The translations under genes were made by a program, and so were the position numbers. From the NCBI GenBank assembly GCA_014239955.1, contig JAAZXW010000021.1, forward strand, positions 19,162 through 83,161: 64,000 nt of DNA, in the 5' to 3' direction. This document shows positions 39,720 to 49,130 of this stretch, piece after piece (the first letter of the stretch is position 1; every line of letters begins with the position of its first letter). The notes under the pieces are model-generated. The model was not told where the DNA came from, did not search any database, and saw only the letters and a list, made by a program, of their open reading frames with translations. Origin of the DNA: Methanobacteriota archaeon (lineage in GTDB: Archaea > Thermoplasmatota > Poseidoniia > Poseidoniales > Thalassarchaeaceae).

Positions 39720-40586
39720 TTTTGGCCATTCTGAATGGACCTTTATCAGCAAAGACTCAACCTCGGATTCTGTCCATCCCGACGAGAGTAGACTGGAACT
39801 CAATTCGTGAGTTCTTTTTGGGACTGTCTTTGGACCCAAAACTGCCCCTGGCCTATTACTATCATCGAGATAGTCTGTTTCCATCCCCCAAGGAGCGCTT
39901 GCCATACTGACTGTTTTGGTCAGAGTTGCAACGCTGCCCTTTCCAACATTGACAGTAGCAGAGAGGCCATGAGTGAAGTCGGAGCTAATATCGGGAGGGG
40001 CATAATGTCGTATAGCACGATCCAAACGGAGTCCTGATGCCCTACATAGTTGGCTCAACTCGAAACATGTGTCCCTACCATTGTCCTCGACGTGTAGTTG
40101 GACCGATGTCTTAGCTGAAGATGCCATTGAGAGTATCTCCAACAGCATTTCGTTTGCTTCGTACCAAGTTTCCTCCTCAACTGCGTAATGTGGCCTCCCA
40201 ACCTCTCCGAGACAATGAGCATCCCCCGAATCAATGTATTCCAATGCTAAATCGACTGCTTGCAAGTGTAACTCTGAAGATTTCTCCAATCCCAATTCTG
40301 CTATCTGATTCTCCCAAGCCACTGGATGTGGCCCGAGAACAACACCCACATCTAGGTCGTGGTTCCTACGAATCTCTTCAGCCATGGAAATTGTTTCTGA
40401 ATAGACTTCCCTGTACCCTGAAATGTCTGATGGCAATGATTGAGAGAATGCCGGTTTGTGTACGAGCATGAGTCCGGTTCCACCGGATTTTGAGAAGTCG
40501 GACACTGCATCTAGGAATCGATGTGACCGATCAAGATGCATATGTTGATCAAAAATCGGCCCATTCCACTTTCCTTTATCCAACAT
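39702..40586 (-). CDS. TatD-related metal-dependent hydrolase (archaeal type)
   Basis: DQHMHLD, GPHP, GEVGRPHY, QLHVE, RHYA, METDYLDD..RPGAVLGPKTVP. Confidence 0.85.
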   Translation of the reverse strand: MLDKGKWNGPIFDQHMHLDRSHRFLDAVSDFSKSGGTGLMLVHKPAFSQSLPSDISGYREVYSETISMAEEIRRNHDLDVGVVLGPHPVAWENQIAELGLEKSSELHLQAVDLALEYIDSGDAHCLGEVGRPHYAVEEETWYEANEMLLEILSMASSAKTSVQLHVEDNGRDTCFELSQLCRASGLRLDRAIRHYAPPDISSDFTHGLSATVNVGKGSVATLTKTVSMASAPWGMETDYLDDSNRPGAVLGPKTVPKRTHELSSSLLSSGWTESEVESLLIKVHSEWPKSLYGV

Positions 40587-40590
40587 TTTC

Positions 40591-41112
40591 TCACGCCAAA
40601 GCGCCTTCTTCGGACAATTTCGAGACCCAATACGAGGCAGCCATTTCAGCGACCTTCCGAGATGACTGGCCCGTCACAATTCCTTTGCCGTTGTTGAAAA
40701 GAAGGATTGTACAGTTATGCCTCTTTGCTGTAATTCGGAGAGCATCTAGCCTGAGGTCGTGTTCTGCATCCTTGAATCGTGCTGCTGCCAGACTGATCAA
40801 TACGACTCTTCCAATGGAGAAACTAGCAAGAACCTCTCCCATTTCTACCACAAGTCCCTTTTCGGAGATGCCGATACTGAGAAGAGTCTCCTCGGCGATT
40901 AACGAGGCTGCTTCGGGGTTGGAAATTCCATGAATCAGTAATGATCCATCGGTGTCAACGACAATGAGGGCTCTGGGTTCCTCGTGCTCAATAACTGCGA
41001 ATGCCCCGTTGCTCCTCGCCCCTGCTAACCTCACAGCATCTGCTAATATGATCGGTTCGGAGGGAATTACTCGGAATGACTGAGTCTCAATATTGATTTC
41101 AGGGCCACTCAT
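40591..41112 (-). CDS. Divergent TATA-box-binding protein (TBP)-fold protein
   Basis: Two repeats EPRALIVVDTDGSLLIHGISNPEAA and HNCTILLFNNGKGIVTGQSSRKVA match TBP P..LIF.SGK.V.TG.KS; 173 aa. Confidence 0.65.
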   Translation of the reverse strand: MSGPEINIETQSFRVIPSEPIILADAVRLAGARSNGAFAVIEHEEPRALIVVDTDGSLLIHGISNPEAASLIAEETLLSIGISEKGLVVEMGEVLASFSIGRVVLISLAAARFKDAEHDLRLDALRITAKRHNCTILLFNNGKGIVTGQSSRKVAEMAASYWVSKLSEEGALA

Positions 41113-41903
41113 TGCTCCATCTCCAGTGTCTCGACGGACTCACAGGCAAATAGGCTATTCTCTAGAGTTGGCACATGAGCCTGCTGAACTGGGACTAGAA
41201 GGTTTGGACCGCCTTCCCCCCAATCTCTTGCTCCGCTATCTCTGAGATTAGAGAGTGCCCCTCTAATCCTGGAGGAAAATCTTGAATCCCTCTCCTTGAC
41301 TAGTTCCTCGGTCAAACATAGTGACTCTTCTGTCCACCAAGCAGCGCACACTGTTGACGCGGCACCTAAATCTGGATTTGCTAGCCTTGAATGAGCGACC
41401 TTTTTAATGGCCTCCTTTCGAATCTTGGACCATCTCCTAGATCTTCCTATTGTGGCAAGTAGATTTCTAAATCTGACTTGTTCATCGGCCCATCTGGATT
41501 GCCAATCTGCCCACTCTGAGTCATCTATTCCCGGTTCTATAGCGTAAATGGGCATACCACCTCTAGAGTTCTCAGCGTGTCTGAGAAGTCTGATCCTCTC
41601 TGGATCAGGGATAGATGGGCCATCCAGATCTAGTTCCGAGAGATCTCGAACAAGCATTCCAAGAGTCGTTCCAGATGCGGCTGCAGACACCATGTGTACT
41701 CCCGGGCTGGACTTATCCTGCTCCTCTTCCTCCTTCAGAGAAACTAGTTCGTCGGCTGAGGACAGTAGTGCTAAACCATCCCAATCTCTTGGCCTCATCT
41801 TCGAGGGCATGCGCACACATGGAAGATAGGGCCAGAGCAAAACAGAACCGCCATTTGGATCCCGAAAGACAGAAGTTTCCCACCTGAGATCTGGTACTCC
41901 CAT
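41109..41903 (-). CDS. Hypothetical protein
   Basis: 264-aa ORF coupled by a 4-nt overlap to the TBP-like gene. Confidence 0.6.
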   Translation of the reverse strand: MGVPDLRWETSVFRDPNGGSVLLWPYLPCVRMPSKMRPRDWDGLALLSSADELVSLKEEEEQDKSSPGVHMVSAAASGTTLGMLVRDLSELDLDGPSIPDPERIRLLRHAENSRGGMPIYAIEPGIDDSEWADWQSRWADEQVRFRNLLATIGRSRRWSKIRKEAIKKVAHSRLANPDLGAASTVCAAWWTEESLCLTEELVKERDSRFSSRIRGALSNLRDSGARDWGEGGPNLLVPVQQAHVPTLENSLFACESVETLEMEQ

Positions 41904-42006
41904 GATTCTCCGAGATGCATCGTTCGATTGAAGTCAGCGGTAAACCTCCATTTTGTTGTCCCTGAAACTGTAGGATTCAAGGGGTGTGTCTTACTGAGAG
42001 TGTTTG

Positions 42007-42462
42007 ATGGATAGTGACAGACCATTCTCAGACGAACCAGTAGTGGTACTGGATGAGGTTTTTCCCAGCCACACAAATGCGCTTAACACCCTATTCGGTG
42101 GCAGACTAATGGCCATCATGGATACATCGGCGGGAATGGTTGCCTCGAAGTTCGCACACAGGGTTTTCGTAACCGTTTCTGTAGACGCTTTGAAGTTCAA
42201 GAGACCGGCTTTCCAAGGAGACATAATCAGGACTACGTCTAGAGTGGTTTGGACTTCACCACGAACTGTTGGGGTTCATGTGACCTCCTGTAGACTATCC
42301 CGTTCTGAATGGGTGGGAGAGGAAATCTGTTCGGGATTTTTCTTCATGGTAGCCATTGACGAGTCTATGAAGCCAGTTGAGATTCCGCAATTTGAACCAA
42401 AGTCAGATGATGAGAAGGAGATGTGGGCACTAGCAAACGATGCTAGGAACGCCATGCGTTGA
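42007..42462 (+). CDS. Acyl-CoA thioesterase (hotdog fold, YciA-like)
   Basis: VFPSHTNALNTLFGGRLMAIMD, VTVSVD.LKFKRP, FFMVAID. Confidence 0.9.
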   Translation: MDSDRPFSDEPVVVLDEVFPSHTNALNTLFGGRLMAIMDTSAGMVASKFAHRVFVTVSVDALKFKRPAFQGDIIRTTSRVVWTSPRTVGVHVTSCRLSRSEWVGEEICSGFFFMVAIDESMKPVEIPQFEPKSDDEKEMWALANDARNAMR

Positions 42463-42560
42463 AGAGAGATGCGGCGAAATATGGAGCACCTCCAAGTGAA
42501 ACGATTTCAATGGTTATCCCCCATGAACTTATACCGTGAATAAATCGCTCGGCGGTTCGG

Positions 42561-44180
42561 ATGGGATCGGCCGAGCCATATGGCTCGACTGAGAAGAGGG
42601 AAGCCGAGTTAATCGGCGGCCTCTACTTGGTCGGAGCGAGAGGGAAGTTTTGTGCAGTAATTACTGAGCGCCAGCTTACCATAGAAAGGTTCGATGGAAA
42701 GGGCGTCAGACTTGATTTGGCTGCAATTGAGAGAATGAGGCATCTCAAGATCCCGGTGCTCCCATCAGGCACAGTAATTCTAGGAATTATTTCGATTTAC
42801 CTAGGAATAACAACAATATTTGCACCGATGAGTTGGTTGGCGGTTGGACTGGGAGCATCCGTAATCATTGCGAACATAATTTCTCGATATTCCATCCTAG
42901 CCATAGAAACTGGTGCTGGTGACAGGCACCTAGTATCTGGCAGTGAGGCAAATCTCCTGAAATTATGTCTGATTGTTGATAGAGTAAGGCATGGTAGCGA
43001 TATGCAAGAGGCTTTGCTGGGTCTAGAGAATCTAGAATCCGAACTTCCAACTTTCCCCGCACTCAGAGATGCAACTGGGCAGTTAGGGCAGGCCCCTTTA
43101 GTTGGGTTACCAATCACGAGTAAAACAAACACAGTAGTCAATAAGGAGCAAAATCACGAGTCGATTCTAGGAATCCAAACAGATTATAATTTGAATATAT
43201 TCGACTCCCCCTTATCTCCAGAAGCTCCAGAATTAGTGAAGGAAGGGGATGATTGGGGAGGGGTGTCTGTCTCTAATACATCCAAGCAGAATGCATACGA
43301 GAGAGCGTGGGGAGTGCAAGAGGCACCTAGTTGGTACAAGGAGAAGGAGTCTGATTCAAACGGGAGCACTAGGATCGATTCTGCTTTCTCTGACGCTGCA
43401 GAGGGTCTAGACATGTTCTCCCCGGGTGGACTATTCGACTCTAATTCAGTCTCAGAAACCTCCAATACAAATGACATGGACCTTTTCGATTTTGAGTTCA
43501 ACCCTCATTCTCCGGAACCAGTTGAGAGGGCGCATTCGAGTGCTCAGATGATTAAACAGGCTCATCAAGAATTTGGGGCTCCGACTGAACCGTTCTCGAA
43601 TTCCTTGCTACCCCCACCTACCGAAGAGGCAGTTAGAGAGGAGTGCAAAGCAGGGGTAGTTAGACAGGCAAAGGCGAGGCAGGAGTTAAGAACGCAGAAC
43701 TTGGATGGACTGGGGGGTGTGCAGGCTGCAAATTTGGATGACTATCCGGCCTTGAAGGGGCTTGCATCTACTATGTCTGGAGGCAGGTCGTCTGGTGTGA
43801 AATCAAAAGTTCCGGTATCTGGAGGGTGGCTATCGCGTCTTCTGAGACCGGGTAGCGCCACCAATAGGGGTAAGGATGGGAACTCAGATTCAACCAATGA
43901 GATAGAAACGGAGAGATTCCAGACCACCCAACACATGAGGCTGAGAAGTGACCAAGAACACCAAGCCGATGTTAGTTCTCGTTTGAGGGAAATGAGGAAA
44001 AACAATCATTCCTCCACCGCTCGGGACAAACTCGATTCAATTGTCAGGAGTCTTTCGGGAGAAGAAGACACCCCTCGTCTACTCGATGGGTCAAATGATT
44101 CATTGAGGTTCAATCAACTAAAACCGACCTCTTCTAGGGAAGACCCACACCCCCTTCCAGGGCTCAGAAGATTGGGATGA
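42561..44180 (+). CDS. Hypothetical membrane-anchored protein (PH-like N-terminus, two TM helices, long disordered tail)
   Basis: AVITERQL..LDLAAIE beta-rich N-terminus, TM hairpin, S/D/E/P-rich remainder; TTATA about 30 nt upstream. Confidence 0.65.
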   Translation: MGSAEPYGSTEKREAELIGGLYLVGARGKFCAVITERQLTIERFDGKGVRLDLAAIERMRHLKIPVLPSGTVILGIISIYLGITTIFAPMSWLAVGLGASVIIANIISRYSILAIETGAGDRHLVSGSEANLLKLCLIVDRVRHGSDMQEALLGLENLESELPTFPALRDATGQLGQAPLVGLPITSKTNTVVNKEQNHESILGIQTDYNLNIFDSPLSPEAPELVKEGDDWGGVSVSNTSKQNAYERAWGVQEAPSWYKEKESDSNGSTRIDSAFSDAAEGLDMFSPGGLFDSNSVSETSNTNDMDLFDFEFNPHSPEPVERAHSSAQMIKQAHQEFGAPTEPFSNSLLPPPTEEAVREECKAGVVRQAKARQELRTQNLDGLGGVQAANLDDYPALKGLASTMSGGRSSGVKSKVPVSGGWLSRLLRPGSATNRGKDGNSDSTNEIETERFQTTQHMRLRSDQEHQADVSSRLREMRKNNHSSTARDKLDSIVRSLSGEEDTPRLLDGSNDSLRFNQLKPTSSREDPHPLPGLRRLG

Positions 44181-45143
44181 TCACAGTCCTACGATTCTGC
44201 GATAACTATCCATTCTTGCATGATAGAGGCCTCTCTCGAGACCCTGAAGTTTGTTCGTACCTAGTCCTTGAATTGTAAACGAAGAAGACACAGTCGCGTG
44301 AATCATAGCATCCCTCATTGATTCTAAATCCTGCAAGATTCCTTTTCTTCCAGACATATTCGCTAAGAGTGCCCCGGCAAAGGAATCCCCGCACCCGGTT
44401 GGGTCAATAACTTCAGTAATTGGATAAGATGGGAGGGCAATGATTCCACATGGGAGATGTGCAAAAACTCCAGAAGATCCTCGTTTGATTACCAATCCCC
44501 TTGGCCCTTGTCCTGCGGATTCACCCCCGTGAAGGCAAGCTCCTGACAATATTGGTTTGATAGCCTTCATGAAAATTTCCTCACCAGAGATAGCACATAC
44601 CTCTTCTTCATTGAGAATTGCCAAATCTGCCTTTCTGAGAGCAGCAGAGAGGTCCTCGAACTCAGTCTCTATCCACAACATGAATGTGTCAATTGCTGTA
44701 ATCTCTGAGCTAGGACACTGATCAAGAACCATAACCTGGGATGCTGGATGGGTATTGGCACAGAAGAGAATATTTGGTGACCTCCATGGTTGTGGGATTT
44801 CAGGAGAAAAATCACCTAGGACGTTGACCTCTGTAGAAATTGTTTCAACGTTCTCCATCGTACCCGAGTATCTTCCCGACCAACGAAATGTCTTACCTGG
44901 TAACCTTTCCACACCGGAGAAGTCGATGCCCAGGCCTTCTAGTTTGGACTGGTGCGAATTGGAGAAGTCTTTCCCGACTGGTGCCACCAACCCCACACGA
45001 CGGACCCCGCCGGGAGTCTCTGGAAGATGAAAGGCGGCTGAGACGCCGGCGTGAACTGCAGAACCCCCGAGGACATCCGATCCTGTGGCAATTGGTGTTT
45101 CTATGTCATCATAACCGATGCTGCCAACAATAACCAAATCCAA
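44181..45143 (-). CDS. PfkB family carbohydrate/nucleoside kinase
   Basis: IVGSIGYDDIETP, LGGSA, ILNEEE, IKRG, DPTGCGDSFAG. Confidence 0.9.
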   Translation of the reverse strand: MDLVIVGSIGYDDIETPIATGSDVLGGSAVHAGVSAAFHLPETPGGVRRVGLVAPVGKDFSNSHQSKLEGLGIDFSGVERLPGKTFRWSGRYSGTMENVETISTEVNVLGDFSPEIPQPWRSPNILFCANTHPASQVMVLDQCPSSEITAIDTFMLWIETEFEDLSAALRKADLAILNEEEVCAISGEEIFMKAIKPILSGACLHGGESAGQGPRGLVIKRGSSGVFAHLPCGIIALPSYPITEVIDPTGCGDSFAGALLANMSGRKGILQDLESMRDAMIHATVSSSFTIQGLGTNKLQGLERGLYHARMDSYRRIVGL

Positions 45144-46490
45144 CTAACCATCACCAACTAGCAAATCTGCATGGGTTTCTAGGTAGTCAGTTTTTATTTT
45201 CCTTTCTATGAAGTCTGATTCCTGCAATATCGCTCTGTGAAGGGGGATCAAAGTATCTAATCCAAGAAGAATAGTCTCTTCCAAAGCAGAGTCTAACCTT
45301 CCTATTGCTTGGTTCCTGTTCGGAGCCCAAGAAACTATCTTGGCGAGCAACGAGTCAAATGCTTCGGGCATCGCATAACCTGAGAATCCATGAGAGTCGA
45401 CTCTGATGCCGGGACCTCCTGGCCAATGACATTCCCACAATTTTCCCGGAGAAGGTTCGAGAGTTACTGGGTTCTCTGCGTTTATACGAACCTGGATAGC
45501 ATGACCATTCAATACCACTTCTTCTTGGGTAATTGGTAGATCGGCTCCAGAAGAAACGATGATTCCAAGAGAGACGAGGTCAATTCCTGTTAACATCTCA
45601 GTTACCGTGTGTTCCACTTGGACCCGTGGATTCACCTCCATGAAGTAGAATTCTCCCTCTGAGTTCCTTAGGAATTCAAATGTAGCCAGACCCCTGTAAC
45701 CGATAGCCTCCGCTCCTGCTACGACCCTTGATCCAATATCTTCTCTTTCTTCCCGACTAATCCATGGACCCTCTTCGAGAATCTTCTGGTGCCTTCTCTG
45801 AATGGAGCAGAATCTTTCTCCAAGATGGATTGCTTTCGAGCCATCCCCGACAACTTGGAATTCAATATGCTCTGCTGAGCTTACATACTCCTCGATGAAA
45901 ACTCTACTATCGCCAAAGGCTGACTCAGCCCTACCTTGGCATAGTCTCAGAGCTGAGTCGAATTCGGACTCATTATTTACCACCTGCATTCCAATCCCCC
46001 CTCCCCCAGAGGCTGCTTTTATCATGATTGGGAAGCCGATTTCGGAAGCCACCTTTAGTGCCTCCTTAGAATCAGAAATTGGTTGATCGGTCCCCTTTGC
46101 TATGGGGATTCCAGCCTTTGACATCGCCTCCCTAGCTGCTATCTTGTCTCCTAAGAGTCTGAGTGATTCAGGTGAGGGTCCTATGAAGGTGATCCCCTCT
46201 TCTGCGAGACGCTGTGCAAAGGTTGCGTTCTCCGAAAGAAAACCATAGCCCGGATGTACTGCATCGGCACCCACCTCTTTGGCAGCAGATATTATCGCCT
46301 CTATGTCAAGATAGGACGCTAGTGGGTCTTCTCTTGGAATGAAGTAACCCTCATCCGCAAGTCTAACCGGGAGGGACATCCTATCCTCCCTTCCATGGAT
46401 TACGACGGATTCGATGCCAAGTTCCCTTAGTGACCTAACTATCCGTAGTGCAATCTCGCCACGGTTAGCGACTAGTACACGACGGAACAC
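45144..46490 (-). CDS. accC: Biotin carboxylase subunit of an acyl-CoA carboxylase
   Basis: VLVANRGEIA, HPGYGFLSEN, KAASGGGGIGM, CSIQRRHQK, MEVNPRVQVEH, RINAE. Confidence 0.93.
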   Translation of the reverse strand: MFRRVLVANRGEIALRIVRSLRELGIESVVIHGREDRMSLPVRLADEGYFIPREDPLASYLDIEAIISAAKEVGADAVHPGYGFLSENATFAQRLAEEGITFIGPSPESLRLLGDKIAAREAMSKAGIPIAKGTDQPISDSKEALKVASEIGFPIMIKAASGGGGIGMQVVNNESEFDSALRLCQGRAESAFGDSRVFIEEYVSSAEHIEFQVVGDGSKAIHLGERFCSIQRRHQKILEEGPWISREEREDIGSRVVAGAEAIGYRGLATFEFLRNSEGEFYFMEVNPRVQVEHTVTEMLTGIDLVSLGIIVSSGADLPITQEEVVLNGHAIQVRINAENPVTLEPSPGKLWECHWPGGPGIRVDSHGFSGYAMPEAFDSLLAKIVSWAPNRNQAIGRLDSALEETILLGLDTLIPLHRAILQESDFIERKIKTDYLETHADLLVGDG

Positions 46491-46532
46491 ATTACCATGC
46501 TAGGTGCGCCTTCGTTTGAGTGAATCGGCCTG

Positions 46533-47828
46533 TCAATATACATCTCGCAGATATCGCTTCTCCGACTTCATCAATCCATTCTCTACGAAATCCTTGGACT
46601 CAACGGGAGACATCCCCCCATATTCGGAACAGATGTTTATCAGAGTTAGATGCACATCTTTGGCCATGTACTGCTTATCTCCACAGACGTAGAAATATGC
46701 CCCGCCTTCAATCCACTTCCAAATTTCTTCACCGTTCTTCTTCATCAAATGTTGGACATAGACCTTCTCAGAACCTTGCCGTGACCAAGCTAGGTCATGT
46801 TTCGAAATTATCCCTCTGGCTTCCCATGCGTCCATTTCTTCGCGATAGAGATACTCCCCCTCCTCAGTCCAGTCTCCGAAGAAGAGCCAATTCTTCCCTG
46901 AATCCTTGTTTATTTCTCTCTGTTGGAGGAAGGCCCTGAACGGGGCAATTCCAGTTCCCGGACCGACCATGATAATGTCCTTAGAACCATCCTCCGGTAG
47001 GACGAATGATCGAGTTGGAGACATGTAAACACCAATCTCAGTAGTGTCGGTTTCACATCTGTCGGCCATGAAACCTGTGCAAAGTCCAGTTCGATCCCTT
47101 TCGTGGTGATTGTACCGAACTATTGACACAGTTAGGTGGACTGTTCCCTTTTCAAAATCGGGGCTACTGGCGATAGAGTAGAGCCTCGGTTTCAGCCTAT
47201 CCATGCCCTCCAGAAGTTGCTGGGGAGTGAAGCCCAAACCAATGAAATCACCTAATGCATCAACATAGTCCCTAGACCAAATGTAATCCTCCATTGAATC
47301 ATTGTTGGAGGTTAGTTCCTGAAGGAGGATCATCGAATTATCGTCGAATTCCCCCATCTCCACGTAACCGTCTGGTAGGTCTTGTTCACTACGGGCTGAC
47401 CAGTCAACAATCAATGCTCCGTCGAGGGACGAGAATCTCCTCCTAGAGGAGATTCGAATCTCAATTTTTACGGGAGAATCGGAGGATCTCTCGGCGAGTC
47501 CCTTGAGCCACTTCTTTGAGACTCGATGAATCTCGTATCTATCTGTCAACGCTTCCCTAAGTGAGCATTTTCCATGATTAGTTTCTACTTCTTCCTCTCC
47601 GGAAAATCCGCAAATCTGCAATATCCCTTCGACTGACTCTGGAGGGCATCTTGGGACGACTCCAAGAGCATCCCCCACCTTGTACTCCAAACCCGAGTTA
47701 CCAAGACTGAATACAATATGCCTGGTTTCCTTCTTCGACGATTCACCATTTAGAATGTAATTATCAGTAATGTTGGTGAAATATGGGTTCTTCACGGACC
47801 ACTCAGATTTAGTTGATTTGCCTGCCAC
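46533..47828 (-). CDS. CysJ-like FAD/NADPH reductase lacking the flavodoxin (FMN) domain
   Basis: PRLYSIASS, GLCTGF, MVGPGTGIAPFR, NWLFFG, AWSR, YVQH, YVCGD, RYLRDVY; start GTG 47828 after GGAG. Confidence 0.85.
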   Translation of the reverse strand: MAGKSTKSEWSVKNPYFTNITDNYILNGESSKKETRHIVFSLGNSGLEYKVGDALGVVPRCPPESVEGILQICGFSGEEEVETNHGKCSLREALTDRYEIHRVSKKWLKGLAERSSDSPVKIEIRISSRRRFSSLDGALIVDWSARSEQDLPDGYVEMGEFDDNSMILLQELTSNNDSMEDYIWSRDYVDALGDFIGLGFTPQQLLEGMDRLKPRLYSIASSPDFEKGTVHLTVSIVRYNHHERDRTGLCTGFMADRCETDTTEIGVYMSPTRSFVLPEDGSKDIIMVGPGTGIAPFRAFLQQREINKDSGKNWLFFGDWTEEGEYLYREEMDAWEARGIISKHDLAWSRQGSEKVYVQHLMKKNGEEIWKWIEGGAYFYVCGDKQYMAKDVHLTLINICSEYGGMSPVESKDFVENGLMKSEKRYLRDVY

Positions 47829-47939
47829 CAATATCTCCGTTATTTCCGACTTAACTGAGATATATGAACAAATGTGTAAGGTTATGACCCTTTGAGCATC
47901 AAACGATGGGGTCAAGTCTGGAAGCCCCTGCCGAGATAT

Positions 47940-48728
47940 GTGGCACGCATCGACTTCCTTGGCACAGGGAATGCTTTCTCACCCCAAGGAAGAATGCATG
48001 CTTTGGCACTACTGGATAGCAGAGTCCTAATTGATGCCCCTCCTACTCTCCTACCCCAGTTGCGAAGGGCAAGGATTTCGCCTGGGCAATTGCAGCATGT
48101 ACTTTTCACGCATTGGCACGGGGACCATGCCTTCGGATTTCCATTCTTACTATTGGATAGGAAATTCATCTCAGATCCTTTTGGAGAGAACAACCTGGAG
48201 GTGCATCTTAGGCCCGGGGGGAGGGAGTATCTCTCCGTTCTTTGTGAAATGGGGTTCCCAGGCAGCCTTGGAGATTCGCTCGACTCTAGAGTCGAATGGA
48301 ACGAAAAGGAAACGGCAACGCTAGGAGAGACTGGATGGGGGTATGAGAGATTTCCAGTCCATCACACCCCTGAAACCGATCCACATGGGTATGAGTTGGT
48401 ACATGAAAGCGGATTCCGCTTGCTCCACTGCGGTGATTCCGGCCCATGTCCGGAGATAGAAAATCGTGCAAATGGCGTGGATGTTGCAATATTAGAGATG
48501 GGGGTGCCGGATATCGGAGAGTTTCCCCATCATCACAGACCTTCTGATGTAATTTCATTCAGTGAGAGATTTCCAGACGTGAAGGTATTGGTAACACACA
48601 ACTTTGCAAGGTCACCCAATTGCGAAACTGGTTTCGAAATTCCAGAATTGCCCTCCCGGATAGTCCAATTGAATGATGGAGATAGCATAGATATTGATGA
48701 TAATGGTATTTTTATTGTAAATAATTAG
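47940..48728 (+). CDS. MBL-fold metallohydrolase (RNase Z-like)
   Basis: FLGTGNAF, LIDAP, THWHGDH, VHH, CGDSG, VTH. Confidence 0.8.
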   Translation: MARIDFLGTGNAFSPQGRMHALALLDSRVLIDAPPTLLPQLRRARISPGQLQHVLFTHWHGDHAFGFPFLLLDRKFISDPFGENNLEVHLRPGGREYLSVLCEMGFPGSLGDSLDSRVEWNEKETATLGETGWGYERFPVHHTPETDPHGYELVHESGFRLLHCGDSGPCPEIENRANGVDVAILEMGVPDIGEFPHHHRPSDVISFSERFPDVKVLVTHNFARSPNCETGFEIPELPSRIVQLNDGDSIDIDDNGIFIVNN

Positions 48729-49130
48729 GATGAGATGTTTTCCATTATATATATCTGAAGCTGAGGAATTCCCGTCAAATCTGGTCTTGAGTTAGAAGTG
48801 AGCAACATTAGGACCTCAATTTGGAATCATTTTTCTCAATGTAAAGTTAGTTGACTGGAATATCAATATTATCTCCATTTGATGTAGAAAAATCACCAGA
48901 TAAATAATTGAAAAAGAGAGATACTAAGGGTAATTGACGACTTCCGTATTCGTACAATTCAGTAATCTGATATTGGATGCCCTTCCCTAATCAAAATATG
49001 TTCAACTATTCAGAAAGCGAGTCACTCTTATTACCGCAAACACGGTCGCTGTGGAAACCTCAAGAGAAACAATGAACCCAATGGGGGGGAAGAATGTTAT
49101 TTTGTTAGGTTTTTACAGACGTGAAAAAAA
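48729..49130. other. AT-rich intergenic region upstream of cdc6; candidate replication origin / cdc6 promoter
   Basis: About 400 nt without ORF, visibly AT-rich; degenerate ORB-like words (TTCCAGTCAA on minus at 48851-48860, GTGGAAAC at 49051-49058) and a G7 run at 49083-49089. Confidence 0.55.

Noticed and set aside
39488-39910. 140-aa plus-strand ORF next to tRNA-Gly
   Set aside because: Overlaps the TatD-like gene by about 200 nt; the shorter two-TM ORF fits the gap better.
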